From: Lingula anatina
Taxonomy: Eukaryota; Animalia; Brachiopoda
Length of the DNA: 64,000 bases
Reading direction: 5' to 3'
Assembly: GCA_051362555.1 (NCBI GenBank)
Contig: CM120640.1
Location: 63,404,788-63,468,787, forward strand
The notes below the pieces were generated by a model, which was not told the origin of the DNA, did no database searches, and worked only from the letters and a program-made list of their open reading frames with translations. Below, piece after piece: positions 48,317 through 61,904 of this stretch. Position numbers and translations under genes: made by a program. Numbering within the stretch: position 1 is the first letter of the stretch; the number at the start of each line of letters is the position of its first letter.

Positions 48317-51300
48317 TATTTTTCTCTTTAAAGATATAAGCCCTGAAATATAGGGTAGTCGGTCTTTGAAATGCAAAATAATACACAAAATCCAAGATTT
48401 CTTATTAAGGCCATATTAATAAGTTGTTACTGGCATACACTTGTAAAGGGAGTATGCAGGTAGAGCTGTTATACTTTAAAGGCGTCATGCTTTTGAAGCA
48501 CTTGGAAGCGGATAATACTTACGGGCTGCTTATAGCAATCGTTTCGAGGGATGACTCCGTAACAGGTGCAGGTAAAATCACCACAATTAATGTTGTTATT
48601 GCCGACGGTATGAAGAACAGTCGCGTGCAACGGATTTTTGATAAGATCTTTTAAACCGACCTTTGGCTGTCTTGTTTACAAAAGTGCAGTGACAATTGTA
48701 ATTTAACGTTAAAGATGATAAAATCTAAACAGAGTAATTGTTAGAAAATCGGTCGCGCCCTTTTGTAGTACTCATGCACCGCGCCATTAGCCTTAGATTT
48801 TTTTGACACGACCCCAGCTAATAGAGAGAACCAAAAAACTGAAAATAACGCCTTTCCTCCAAAACTGCAAATATTACATATCAGCAAAATGAGCAGTGAC
48901 CAGTTCAAAGGATAAATGGAGTCCATGAACATTTTATGATGATATTATAACAGCCGGTATTATATAAAGGCGTTTTTAGCCTGATTTTGGCTAATGGGGG
49001 TTTATTTCCCCAAGCTTGCATTGTTTCCACTTCACATGTACTGTTAACAAATGAGTAGGAGTTGTGCCTAAAGTGTGTATGCAGCACACGAATTAGACAA
49101 GGTTTGTATCAGTCATAATAATGGCGATGACAAATGAGGTCTGTTCCACACCTTGAATAGGCCATGTTTATTTCACTGTTGGGAGACGATAGGACAGACA
49201 CATACTTTCCGGAACTGGAAGAATCAATAGCAGTGAGTAAACTTAGTTCCAGTTTTACATTCTTTTAGTTTTACGCCTTTATTCTAAGTTAAAGTGTTCT
49301 GTCTCTAATATGTACATATAATGATATCAAAAGAAATTAACCTGGTTTTCTTTGGGAGTTGTGTTTTACTGTCATTTAGTATGTGAGATTCATATAAGTA
49401 TTTGAAGCAAACCACATAAACAGGATAGATAAAACAACCAACGAAAGTTTTTGTTTACTTAAATACTATATTTTTTATTGATGTACTTATTTACTATTTA
49501 AATACACTGCTAATGAGTCTGTCAAGTCTTTTCATTCAAGGGTGTTTGAGTACTTTTATGTAGAGAATCCAGCATGATAGCGTGAAAAAAAAACGACATG
49601 TACATGTAGTTAAACTAATGTGCCATATGGCTGCTAGTGTGGGAGTGACCAACATCTTGCATAAACTAGAGAACATGTGCTGGTATTGGTTCCTATCGAT
49701 TTGAAATAATTGTACTTCAACAGGTGTTTTGATGATATTCCGCTGGTGTCACTATAAAAGGAAATGACGCACACCTGTTGTCTATATATAGTTAATTTGC
49801 TGAAATCGACCTATCGCAATCTCTATGGCAAATGAAGCACTGATAACACGACTTTTAAGAAGCTAGATGACTGGGTCTGGAACATGTTTTTGAGCATTTC
49901 GTTGCTTACGTGCTTGCGTGTATCTTAAACATAATGAATGAGATATAAATATATTTGGCCATGTTTAACACACGCCTACAGAAGAGGATGTACAATTCAG
50001 ATATTACTGAGAACATGCAACTTTGATATTAGACCATACAAATTTCCATCCAAACGATATTGCTCTATGTCATATGTTAAACGTACCCTGTCAATAGGGC
50101 AACTTTACAGGGTTTTTTAGGTTAACAATTTATGCGTTATTTTAGGACAAATAGGTTATATGCTTTTTCATTACATGCATACATATATATTTCATCGTGC
50201 ATTATTCTGGTCTTCGTTCAACCGATTTCCTGAACAAATGCGAATAATTTTATTAACTACGGAAATAGGCGATGCTTTGAGGACTATATTTATTAGAGCC
50301 CTTATTTTTTAATGAACGATGTTTGTCAAATGACATATTTATTCCGATCAGCTGTAATTAATAACTTATATGAACAATTATATTCATATCATGGATCCTG
50401 GTTCAATATTATTGTATATATATTAATATTTCATTATTTTCCGGGGGGTGTCTTTCTCCATAGCACAGATGTATTGGTATTTTGCATAAAATGTCGATAT
50501 TTTATTTCATATATTGTGGCATGGAAATTTCTTGTTTTATAAATTTGATATGTTAAAAATACTTCAAAAGGTCTCTTCAGACATACTGGCATTGGGCAAA
50601 TTTTCTGACTATCGTATTCAAGGTTGCTGTTAATATATGACCCATTTCTGCATATTAACAATCACGATGAATTTAATAGGGGATTCCAAAGCGCCATGAC
50701 TATTCATGCGCCACAAATAGATGCTCTTATTCATTTTTCTAAATTTGCATCCAATTTCCCAAAGCTCATTGCACATTGTACATTGTGCACCACGGCAGCT
50801 TGTTGACAATGTAAGTTCAAGTGACAAAGGGAACAAAACTGCAAGTGTTCCAGCCTTTATAGAGTTCATACTATAGACATACGGTATTTAATGAATGGTA
50901 AGCTTTTTTTGTTTGCGAAAAATGGATGCTATGCTAGTTTGTATATAGGTCTAATTGGGTTGGACTGGATTGAGTCTCGGTAACATCTTATTATTTTTGA
51001 AGAGACCTTCTTGCTTGTTGCCCAACACATGTACCTTGACAAACTTCTTCCGATTCGTGTTCTCCTTCCATTTGTGTCCCGTTCTGAAACAAATCTATTT
51101 TACAACCGATCGAGTTTGACCTGGTTACAGATAGTTAGTTCAAAAGCTAAACAAGTCGAAAAGTGATCATAACCGAGTATAATGGCTTCGTTTCAGGACT
51201 GGCGAAGAATAAAAAGCCAGAATCATGAGTCACGGGAATAGGGTTCTACACGGATCACGCTGAATAATATGAACGCTTCATGCATCTCGGAAAATAATAA

Positions 51301-51525
51301 GTGACCATCACGGGAGACAAAAATGTACAATGGGCCCCTCTTGACAAAATAGCAAAGGCAAAAAAAAAAAAAAAAAAAAAAAAAGGAAATGAAAAAAGGC
51401 TGAACAGCAACTTGACTTTGTAAATTCGTCCGGAAACAGATGTTTTTTGCAGTTATGCAGTTCTAATGCAGTTATATGATGAAGGTTGTATAGCAATTAG
51501 CATGTCATACATGTACCCGAGTGCT

Positions 51526-51620
51526 GGGCGTGGCCAATACAACGAGTTTACGTCATTCGACAGTAACCAAAGTTTTTTTCTCATGATAAGACCCTCCCGG
51601 TGCAAAACCGCTTTTATAAA
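51526..51620 (+). promoter_or_regulatory. Candidate core promoter of protease B (GC box, CCAAT, TATA)
   Basis: gggcgtgg at 51526-51533, ccaat at 51534-51538 and tataaa at 51615-51620, upstream of the ATG at 51683. Confidence 0.5.
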
Positions 51621-51682
51621 TGAACCACCTTTTACCGCAAACCCTAACTCTTTGCAGATTATACGACAAACCAACAGCCAAC

Positions 51683-52943
51683 ATGAAGGGCAGAAAACTC
51701 CTCATATGTCTCATCATGGTCATCGCTCTATGGAAAAACACGGAAGCTGTGAAGACGGACAGCAGCGACTCTGACGTGAACCATGAAACTGCACAGGGTT
51801 CTGCTCCAGACAGTTCAAATGAGAACGCCAGGAACAAGCCCAGCATTAGTCGTGGAAAATACCCACCAGGATTTACATTGGACGACAGACCTGGAAAAGG
51901 TAAGGTATGATTACAGAGAAGAAAATGGTGGCTCAGAAAAAAATTAATAATTGAAACGACTTCTTAAATATTTCTACAAATTTCGATCTTTCTTTAAAAT
52001 GTATGCTTAAACCAGTTTCTACCTACAGCTGTCATTTCGATGACACATACAAGTTCGATTTTTACAGACGAGTCTCTATCTGTGAACTTGAAACATGCAG
52101 TTATATTTGGTTATCCGCTGCACCATTATCAACTGAATAATGCATGTGCTTAATAATTTACAGAAGGATGAAACAGAAAAGCAATATATGAAATGCATAA
52201 TTAAGATTAAAAAAGAAATTCTTCCCGAATATGTAATTTTTAAACAAAAAAATGTATTTAAAAGACTGTTTTACTATTATGCGCGTGAAAAAGGGATACA
52301 AAATGCCGCATGTGAGACATCAAAATGAGTTGGAAATTACATCCCAGAATGTCTGACATTGGTGCAGTTATTACGTTAGAAAAGTTAGTGAGCTAGTGAC
52401 CGAAAAGAAAAAATTACTACTTTCGCTACGCTGTTAAACGCGCTTTCTATACAAATGGTCGATACACATATGCTTCCTTTTAAATGTCTTGTCAGCAGGC
52501 GGGAACTGGCTGCTTCGAACGGACTATGGAGCCTAAAGGCATAAAGGGACAGGTCTCGTTTAAAATGAAGAGTTAACAGCTCTAGATTGATATTGTTATG
52601 GTTAATGACAAATGTCACGCTCTGTTCTCTCACGAAAATCATGAAAAATTTATTCTGAAGCCTCATTGTTGTGCCTATGAAAGTAAGGATTTGGATGATA
52701 TTTCTAAATTATTTAAAAGCGTGTTGAAATATTTGAAAGCCTCTAAATGATGACAATAGTAAGAACATGCTCAATACATAACAGTTAAGTACCTTTTTAA
52801 CTAGTCTTGTAGGTGATTGTAGTTTGTCATCTCAAGGCATTATATTCCGGAAATGCTTTCCTGCGGTTTTTCGGTTATTGGACTGGATTTTATGAGAACG
52901 TGATCACAGATGGTGATTCATCACATTGCTAAATAAAGCAGTG

Positions 52944-52975
<32 letters not shown>

Positions 52976-54173
52976 CAGGCCAGACCCCAATCTAGTCCAC
53001 TTTTCCTTACTAGCCCAGACCACATCCCAATTAGGTCTTTGCATTGTTAACAGTATAATGAACATGTTAATTTGCCAAGTAATTTACAGATTAGCTGCCA
53101 GTTTGTTTGTATGACATACGTACTTAAATAGGGGATGTAATAGATCAAGGAATAGATAATGATACTTACAGGTGTGCCAAAAATATAGTTATATGCGATT
53201 TGTAAAATACATCCGAGGATGATACTTTTAAAGATAATTGCATAAATGTTTAAAGAAAGGGCATGTAGATTGATTTAGTAACATTTAGTAAAGGAACGTT
53301 AAACTAACGGTGAGCCGCCATTTATATGTGTGTTATTTAAAGTAGCTAGGTTTTGTACAGATTATAGGAAAAAGTCTGCCCATTATTCTTTTGTTCAGCT
53401 TTTTTGAAAATATCTGCATTTTCTTACGGATAAATTACGAAGAAAAGTGTGAATTAATAGCAAAACTTTGTTATATTTGCATGCACATCTATTTAGTAAT
53501 TTTTTCAGGTGAAACAGATTATTATTTTTAAAGGAGGTTTTGATTACCCTGATCACAGTCACTGCAACTTTTTGTCCACTTGAGTTTATCAATGTATTCA
53601 CAGAGACCCAAATATGAGATATGAAGCCGAAGAGGTTCAGTCGACTCATTTAAACAAGAATAGAATGTTCTATTTGTAAAAGAATACTGCAGTAATTCAC
53701 CGCGTGCACAAGCACACAAACGCACGCGATAATACCATATATAGTGATTTTAATCCTTTCTGAAGTCTACCTAATAGCCATAAGGTTAGGAAATTGTTGC
53801 AATGTGGTAGTATTTATAGAAATGTGTGTGTGAGTGTAAGAAAGACGAATTGTGTTTGATGTTATTATTTTATCATTGTTTTATCTCTTCCATTCTTATC
53901 ACAAAGTGAGAAGAGTAATGGTTAGCAGACTTGAGAGTGCTGTGGAAGGTCAATACTTGGTCAAGGTGCTCAACAATGTTACGAATCGCGAAGGTAAAAT
54001 CTCTTCTCTATCATTTTTTGGTATCCTGAAGAATTAATTTGCTTACTTTATATTCTTCTGTTTACAAAAACGGATTTAGTATTTAATCATACTCTCTCTA
54101 TTTCTCTCTGTAACTCTTTCTCTCTTTTCTCTCTCTCTCCCTCCCCCTCTCTCTCTCTCTCACACACACACAC

Positions 54174-54217
<44 letters not shown>

Positions 54218-54666
54218 CCTGAGCATGCCCGCATAAAGGCGCTTTACTGTTTTCTTCCAGGGCCCTGTTACCTTTATGTACATTTAATTTTAATTGCAGT
54301 GATCAGAGCGCTTGCAAGTGCCGGTATTCGGAGACCAAGACGTTTCAAGTTTGGCATCAGAAGAACTAGTAACCTTATACTACTGAAAAAAATCAGTGAA
54401 GAGTAAGTAAGCCAAAAAGCTTTATTTTATAAACAACAACATGCAACCACGAATTTGAGAGATTTACGTTGATACATATGGACACCTGAATCGTCCATTT
54501 ATAGAGAAATATCCACGAAGATACGTTCAATTTAGAGCAAATGCTGCGTTCTACAAAGAAAAATGAATTACGAAAATATGTTTTACTTTTACACGTAATA
54601 TTACTGAATGTATGTATTGTTTCAAGTAGTATCGAAATTTTGAACATATATGTATAATCAATTTTA

Positions 54667-54702
<36 letters not shown>

Positions 54703-56000
54703 CTGCTCATAATGGAACATCTGTTGTACCTTTTGATGTCACTAGCACTAGTTTTGAATAAAATCTTAAACGAAACTACCATTACAGCCAAATTCGGACA
54801 CTTCAAGAGAACACAGATGTCTTTGAAATAATAGAGCCGGACTTAATAACTACAGTTACACAATGTACCTCGTATAGCACCTCGGGTGATCTGTCGTGGG
54901 TAAGAGTAAAATATTTTCGTCAGAAAAGTTTTTTGTCAAGTTTTGTAACTGACTTCTTATATAAAACTTTAAGCTCTGTGATCAATACTTCTACCATTCT
55001 TGAAGACAACCATACTTTCCTACTTCATCATTCAAACTTTCGAATGTCATTCGATCATTAACACTTGAATCTGTGGGATATGGTCATCTTTTACATGAAT
55101 TTTTTGAGGAATTGTAATCTAGACTTATCCTGCTCAATTCAATTGCAGGGACTGGACAGACTGGATTCGCCAGTAAATGAAGATTCATTTGACAACAAAT
55201 TGAAAATGTCCAGTTCTGGAACAGGTGCTGGGGTGGACGCATACGTAGTGGATACCGGAATAAATAAAGATCACGAAGATTTTGGAGGGCGTGTCACTTA
55301 TGGATATTCCATTACCTCTACGGCGGCCGATGATAACGGTCATGGAACCCACGTGGCCGGGATATTGGGTGGGACAAAATACGGGGTGGCCAAAGGTGCA
55401 AATATCATAGCGGTAAAAGTCATCAGGTCAGACGGCTCTGGAACAAGTTCTGATTTTCTGGGTGGACTCGAATGGATTCAAAAACAAGTCAGCGCAGCGC
55501 AACGAAAGTCTGTGGTAAATGTCTCTCTTCGGTGGCCACATTCTAAAGCCGTGAATTCAGCCGTCGCTGGTCTTGTTGATAGTGGAATTGTCATGGTGGT
55601 CGCCGCTGGAAACGACGGCAGTGATGCATGCGAGTACTCGCCTGGAAGTGAGGAGGAGGCACTATGTGTTGGGGGCACCAACTGGTTTGATCAAGCAGTG
55701 CCTGAGTATAACAATGGCCCTTGCGTGGACATTTATGCCCCTGCTGTATTTATTGAAAGTGATGCGAACTGGGCAAATAACGCCACCGAGGAGAAAAGCG
55801 GTACCTCCATGGCGTGTCCATTTGTTGCCGGAGCCGCAGCGTCGTATCTCTCTGAAGTGTCAGAAACTGTCCCATCTATGGAACTGGTACAAAAAGCAAA
55901 AAACAAAATTTTTGAGAATGCAGCTAATATAGTTACCTTTAATGGTATTTCAACTGACCAAAAGAGCGATTATAATCGTCTGTTGCAGCTCAAATGTTGA
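51683..56000 (+). CDS. Secreted S8 subtilisin/proteinase K-family protease, paralog B (about 456 aa, 5 coding exons)
   Basis: Exon 51683-51899: signal peptide MKGRKLLICLIMVIALW, then a Ser/Asp-rich linker ending KYPPGFTLDDRPGK. Exons 53907-53993, 54300-54402 and 54788-54899 (VFEIIEPD...LSW). Exon 55149-56000: GLDRLD, VVDTG, NGHGTHVAG, AAGN, DACEYSPG, GPCVDIYAP, SGTSMACPFVAG. Same exon phases as paralog A. Confidence 0.92.
54120..54216. repeat. (CT)n/(CA)n compound microsatellite
   Basis: CT run followed by a CA run in a protease B intron. Confidence 0.9.
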
Positions 56001-56399
56001 TTTTTAAAGTGATTCACAAACACGGAGTAAATAGAGAAAAAAAAAATCTCACCTTCAAGTTTGGTCTTGTACTTTAGGCCCCTCCTTCCTGATGAAAAAA
56101 CCTAGTGCACTAAAATGTGTAACCCCAAACCTTTGCTTTTAGCCTAAGAGTTACTGTATTTTTTATATTTAGATATATTGCTTTTTTTTTTCTAAGTATT
56201 AAACATATTCGCAGGCACAATTTTATCAAATATGAGATTGCCATTTATCTGAAATTTCCTGTGTTTAAATAGATCTTTGCCATTTACTGATAATTAATGT
56301 AATGTTGCACTGTAAATTATGGTGGCTGATTAGTCTCTTTTTTTCTGTCATATAAAACAGTTTACTCCACAGGGCACACATAAAGTTTTTCTCACTTAA

Positions 56400-56737
56400 A
56401 GGGATAATAACTCTTTGTTTTCGGCCAAAAAATGAATTTTCCTGGAGTAAACAACAATTTTCCCATACTTACCAATGGTTAATGAATCCATTTTTACATT
56501 CAAAGTTAGTCCCTGGTTTTTTTCTAAAAAGTTTGGTATTTTGTTAAAATCTCTTAAGAGATTATAACAGAGTATAGCCATCAGTGGAGGTCACGTGATC
56601 TGGAGACAATCTCAGATATCAGAATAATAGCTATAACTGCTGTTTTTGTCGTAAAACAGAATATATTATATTTCTATGAGCTATTCACAATGTTTTTATT
56701 GTGAAATATAGATCTCATACGAAGAGTTATTATCCCT
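56400..56737. mobile_element. Non-autonomous Kolobok-like DNA transposon (338 bp) with TTAA target site duplication
   Basis: TTAA|AGGGATAATAACTCTT...AAGAGTTATTATCCCT|TTAA: perfect 16-bp TIR, TTAA on both sides and purine-purine termini. A second copy is at 25163. Confidence 0.85.
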
Positions 56738-57798
56738 TTAAGTAGAAGGTTTTCTTGGGCACAGCGGGTAGATCTATTTTAGGGGACTGACTTATTGATA
56801 TCCTGATATGCCTATAGACATGCGTAGTCCATAAGGTCTGACTTGAAAATACATTTAGAAATGAGCATGCTATTCTATTTTTGCGAGTGTAAAATATTGA
56901 AAGTGTAATGAACTCCAAATGTCCTGAAGTAATTACTTTTGGCTCCATTAAATTCATACTTTTTGCCAACATGCCATAATTTGAACATTTAGACTGGAAC
57001 TTTTTTCCTATCAATGAGGTGAGCTGGCAAGTCAAATTGATGCCTACCTTCTTGTGACCTGGACCGTTACTATCATAGGAAAGCTAGAAGAGAGCGAGTG
57101 AGCACTGCTAAGCAACCAATTAAATCAACCTTATTGCTGCTTTTTTATTGGTTAGAAGGATAAGTTGTTCCGAAAGAACACAAAAATTTATGCTTTTTTA
57201 CTGACAACTTAAGAAAATTGGCACATTTACTGGGTAGTGTGATTAACGGCCTTCAATGTTTGTTAATTTATACTTCTTTTAGCAGAATCTATAAACAGAA
57301 ATTACGCTCGCAAAAATGAAAATGGTTTGAAATGATTTCCAGTGACACCTTATAAACTAGCAGTTAAAGAGTGTAATGTCTATTTTCTTAAAACAAAACA
57401 AAAAAAAAAAGAACCTCTGCTGTGACTTTATTAAATGTATTTACATATATGTACAAAGGCTGAGGCTTTTTGAATATAAAGCACATCTTAGAGTAATGTT
57501 TAAAAAAATGAAAATAAAAGAAAGAAAGGGGGAAAATTTAACCTTTAAAGTTGTTTGGTTTATAGATTCCAAATAAAATCAATGGTGTATGTAAAAGAAC
57601 GCACATTCATCAGTGTAGAAAGCTCTGTTGATGTGTATTAACACATTTGTTCTTTTAAGTCTAGTTAAAATTACTGTATCATTGCACTTGGTTTTCCACA
57701 CACCGTAAAGAATAAAGGCAATGAATTCCTTGTGCTGTTTTAAAACACTGTCTTTTTAACTTTCTTAGTTTTCCCTCCAAATACAAGTAGTATGACAT

Positions 57799-60700
57799 TC
57801 AGCTGTCTGCCACTTTATGGATTTTGTTTATCCTGTTGATGATAGAGTTTTCTCTTTCTCGTAATTTGGATGCCATCTCAGTCTGGAATGAAAAATAAAA
57901 ATGACAAAATGTAACCATGACATTTGAGCTCCAAAATGAAATATGTCTAAGAAACAGAAGCATACTTGTACTTACCGGGTACTTTGAACAATATAATAAA
58001 ACCCTAACACTAAAATGTGACTAAATCAGATTCAGTAACAATAAGCATATTGCAGAATGTTGACATTTTCTTTTATGAAATATGACATTGTGAAAATCTG
58101 TGAAATATAAAATTCCAGTATGAAACATAGGAAGGCATTTCATCATCTGCATTGACTTACTGAAAGCCCTCCTATCATTTCTTTAGCCACACTGCTGAGG
58201 ATGGCCTTAACCTGATCTGAACCCAATTCCGCCATGAGAAAAGCTTCTCTCTCCTTCTGAGCAGCAATTTCTTCTTTAGACCTGGTATCATCTGGCGTCT
58301 CATTTCCATCTTCAGCTTCAGGCTACCATGAAATGAAAAAGCCATAACATTAAAAAAGAGATTAAATAACATGCATGTATTCAGACAACATAAAAACATT
58401 TTAAATTATAATATATCTGAGGTTACATTATGGAACTATACATGTTTATACTAACAAATTTACATCAAAAATGTACATCAAATTGATGATAAAACTCCTG
58501 CATTGATAGGAAGTATCCTGAGACACTTCAAATAATTAAAAGAAGTTAGCTGACATATGTAAATGATCAAATGCTCACTTCAGGGGGTGGTGTTGGTGGA
58601 GGGGTGCGAATGTGTTCATTAAAAATATCCTCTGGCACTCCTTCCTCTAGGGGAGGTGGCCATGGCATATCTGCAGGTTTGGCAACATTGACATCCAACT
58701 AAAATTTAAAATACTTTTTAATTATCTACCTAGTAATGTCTTAATTTGCTGGCATTTATGTATGGCAATAAAAAATGATCATGATAATAATAAACATGTA
58801 ACCATGCTGTATGATGCTTATGTCTATTTAACTAGTTTAAACAGCACTCAATTATAAAAGAAAATTTTTCATCATGATCAAGATCTGCTGAATACACAAA
58901 ATTATATACACTCTGCACATACTTACATCAGCACCAATAATTTCCTCTGCTTGTGTGTGGGAAAATATGAATTCATATAGCTTATAGTGCTGAAAAATGC
59001 TAAACGAGAAAATAATTCATCACATTACTAGAATACAGACATATACATGTAAGTAAGATTAGCTCCATTTCAGAATTAAGAGTACTAACTATTATGTTTG
59101 CTTGGAACCTCTGAACTTAACTGGATATATTGAATTATAATGATTGATGCTGTTTAAAAGGACAAGAAGAATTCACATGTAATTTCAACTACAAACCTAG
59201 TATGTAGATAATCTGCAACCATCTTTGCTTGATTTAAATCAAAGAACTCAAGTCCTCCTGGGGATTCTGGGTTTTCCTGGCCAACTCCCACAAGCATTTT
59301 CTTGAACTCTTTCAAATTGTCTACCATTGACAGATGCTTGTCTGAAATCATAAGAGATTAAATTGTGGTTTAAAAATGTGATAGACTTACAATGTGAAAA
59401 TATCCCAAATACACATCATTTCAAAGTAATCAATTTCTACTTATAACACTTTTCCATAAAGAATTATTATAATCCATTCCAAATATACACAGCAAATGTT
59501 CCAAATTTTTTCTGTGCAAGTCTACATGAATGCATGGCAAACAACTTTTTATTATTGTAACCACTTATTGGTGAAAATCTGTTTTTATCATATTCACTAA
59601 TAAATATATAGATATTAGAATATTTTATTCTAATATTTTATCTATTTATCTTATATTTTTTTTTATTTGTGTGGTCACTTCTTAAAATAAAAAAAATTGA
59701 CCAAAACGGTCCATGATCACACAAATGCCATACACAAATCAAAGAATGCAAATAACAGAACTAGTACCTTTAACATTTTCAAGTATTCTGTGTAAAGCTG
59801 TGAAAAACCCTGATAGTTGCTGTACAGTAAACCCTCTTTCCTTGCCCCACCAGAAGCCTGCTACATAGTAGTCTAAAATTGCTGCCTCTTTAAGGTCAGC
59901 TGTATGATTTGGCAACTGCATCACTTCAACCATTTTGCTAAACATTCAAAAGAGGATATTTATTAATAAATAATGAAACATAGTTGGACAACATATATGC
60001 AGGCAAGGAAGAAACAGTTCAAATCTTTTAAATTATGGATGTTAAATATTTAAGTACTCTTAACACTCTTAAGAAAAAAAGTGCCATCGATATTTTTGGG
60101 ATTAATGCCTTGATGCCTGTTACATACAAGAATGACCAACTTCAGCAATGATTACAGTATGCATCTCCAAGTGGTAAGTGAGCAATGGTATGGATACATG
60201 TACTAGTATTGACAGACATGTACATTTCAAACACACTAGTGCTAATAGTAACTTGAATAAAGTATTTTTTAACCTTTGTAACTGATCAACATCTAATTCC
60301 ATGAGCTGCTGGGTTTGTACTGAAGACAAAACTTTGTAGGCCAAAGACTGGTCTTTTTCATCATCCTGAAAGAATCAAATTGACAATTTTGGTCTCACAT
60401 TTATCTTTAAATTATAACAACAAATTAACCATAGGTTTTTGCAATATACAAGTCATGGTGCAGTACACAAGTATATGGTGATATCGGTTCACATTTTATA
60501 ATAACGGTAAATGTACTTTACTGAAATGTACTGGTACAATAACAATTTCTAAGGGCAAGTTCATATTAAAAATGACCATATGTAAAGAAAAAGGTCCCTT
60601 TCATAAATATATATTATAAGATATCAAATTCGTGATTTCTTGAGACGCTTGCCTGATATGCGTAGATGACGTTGTACTCTTATAATTCATATTGCTTGCA

Positions 60701-60912
60701 TAAACTTTCTTGTATTAATTAGTAAACAACTTTCCACGCTTTGGGCAAACACCTCGCCCAACGTTTATACCTATACGTACAGAATCAAAACTTGTCTCCT
60801 TGAACTTTCCCTTCCGCTTTCCTCGGCCTGAAGACATTGCAGACGATGCAGATGACCCACCCTTACCCCTAGAACCAGTTCTACTTTGCGATGGGCTACC
60901 CTTTGAAGCCAT
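57799..60912 (-). CDS. CABCOCO1: Ciliary-associated calcium-binding coiled-coil protein 1 (C10orf107-like, CLAMP/C1a-32 family), about 325 aa, 8 exons
   Basis: Exons 60912-60781, 60365-60274, 59937-59768, 59341-59197, 58999-58927, 58698-58579, 58322-58161, 57882-57799 (978 nt, consistent phases). Motifs LKEAAILDYYVAGFWW, FDLNQAKMVADYLHTSIFQHYKLYEFIF, PWPPPLEEG and TEMASKLRERE match recalled vertebrate CABCOCO1. Confidence 0.88.
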
Positions 60913-61339
60913 TTTGATACTTATTGTTGCTATGTCTTTTTATGATCTCCTGTGGTAAAGAGCGCCCTGTGTGGCGACAACCAAGACAAGCTTATTGCGA
61001 GAAAAAGCATCATAACCCGGGGTCGTTAGCCAAAGCTGATTTTTACAGCTTGCAAAAACATATCATAAAACCTAATACCATAACCATTCCATAGATGTTA
61101 GTGCTTAATTGTATTTTCAGGTCAAAATTTAATTAAGACATATATTTTGTAGCCAGTACGGGGAATATTTCTTATCGCAGTTAGGCCATCACTGTAAGTA
61201 TTAATTTCCTCGCGGTCGTTTTTATCATTCTAAAACTCCATGCCTAGCATCTGGAGCGTAGAGCTTATTCTTTTACTCAAGTTAATAATCTTATTGCAGG
61301 TTTTTCAATGTACTTTGAATCGATGAACGATTACATATA

Positions 61340-61343
<4 letters not shown>

Positions 61344-61417
<74 letters not shown>
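61344..61417. repeat. (TA)n microsatellite
   Basis: Long TA run. Confidence 0.95.
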
Positions 61418-61419
<2 letters not shown>

Positions 61420-61647
61420 ATATAGGCCTATGCACAAACTGCATGATAATTGATAGTCTAAATAAAATTAACATTCTAAACAAATTCCCCCCGAGAAAGA
61501 CGCATTTAGGTGCAGTATTTGGAACACAGATCAGCAGTGATACGGCTTTCATAAAAAAGATACAAAAGCTATAGTCTGGTAGTCAGTAGTTGACCAAGTA
61601 TAGCAAAAAAAAAAAAAAAAAAAAAAGACAGTGATTAGAGAACGGAT

Positions 61648-61904
61648 ACGGGGCCGTTCAGAATGAGTAAGGTCGCAATAGCTACTGCGCACTTATTCCA
61701 CGTGAACTCTTGCTGCATGCAATCAGATTAACAGATTAAAATATCTTCCTCTTGTTTGCTATATGTACTCGTACAATCACCAGCTTCTCTGCATTCTACT
61801 CAACGCCAGAAGGAGGCGTGTTCGTATCTTAATCTGATAGCATTCAGCGAGAGTCCCCATGGAGTAAGCGCGCACTAGCTATTGCTCATTCTGAACGGAC
61901 CCGT
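61648..61904. mobile_element. MITE (about 257 bp) with ~80-bp imperfect inverted arms
   Basis: The left arm acggggccgttcagaatgag...caatagctactgcgcacttattcca...atcagattaa pairs with the right arm ttaatctgat...tggagtaagcgcgcactagctattgctcattctgaacggacccgt. Confidence 0.8.
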
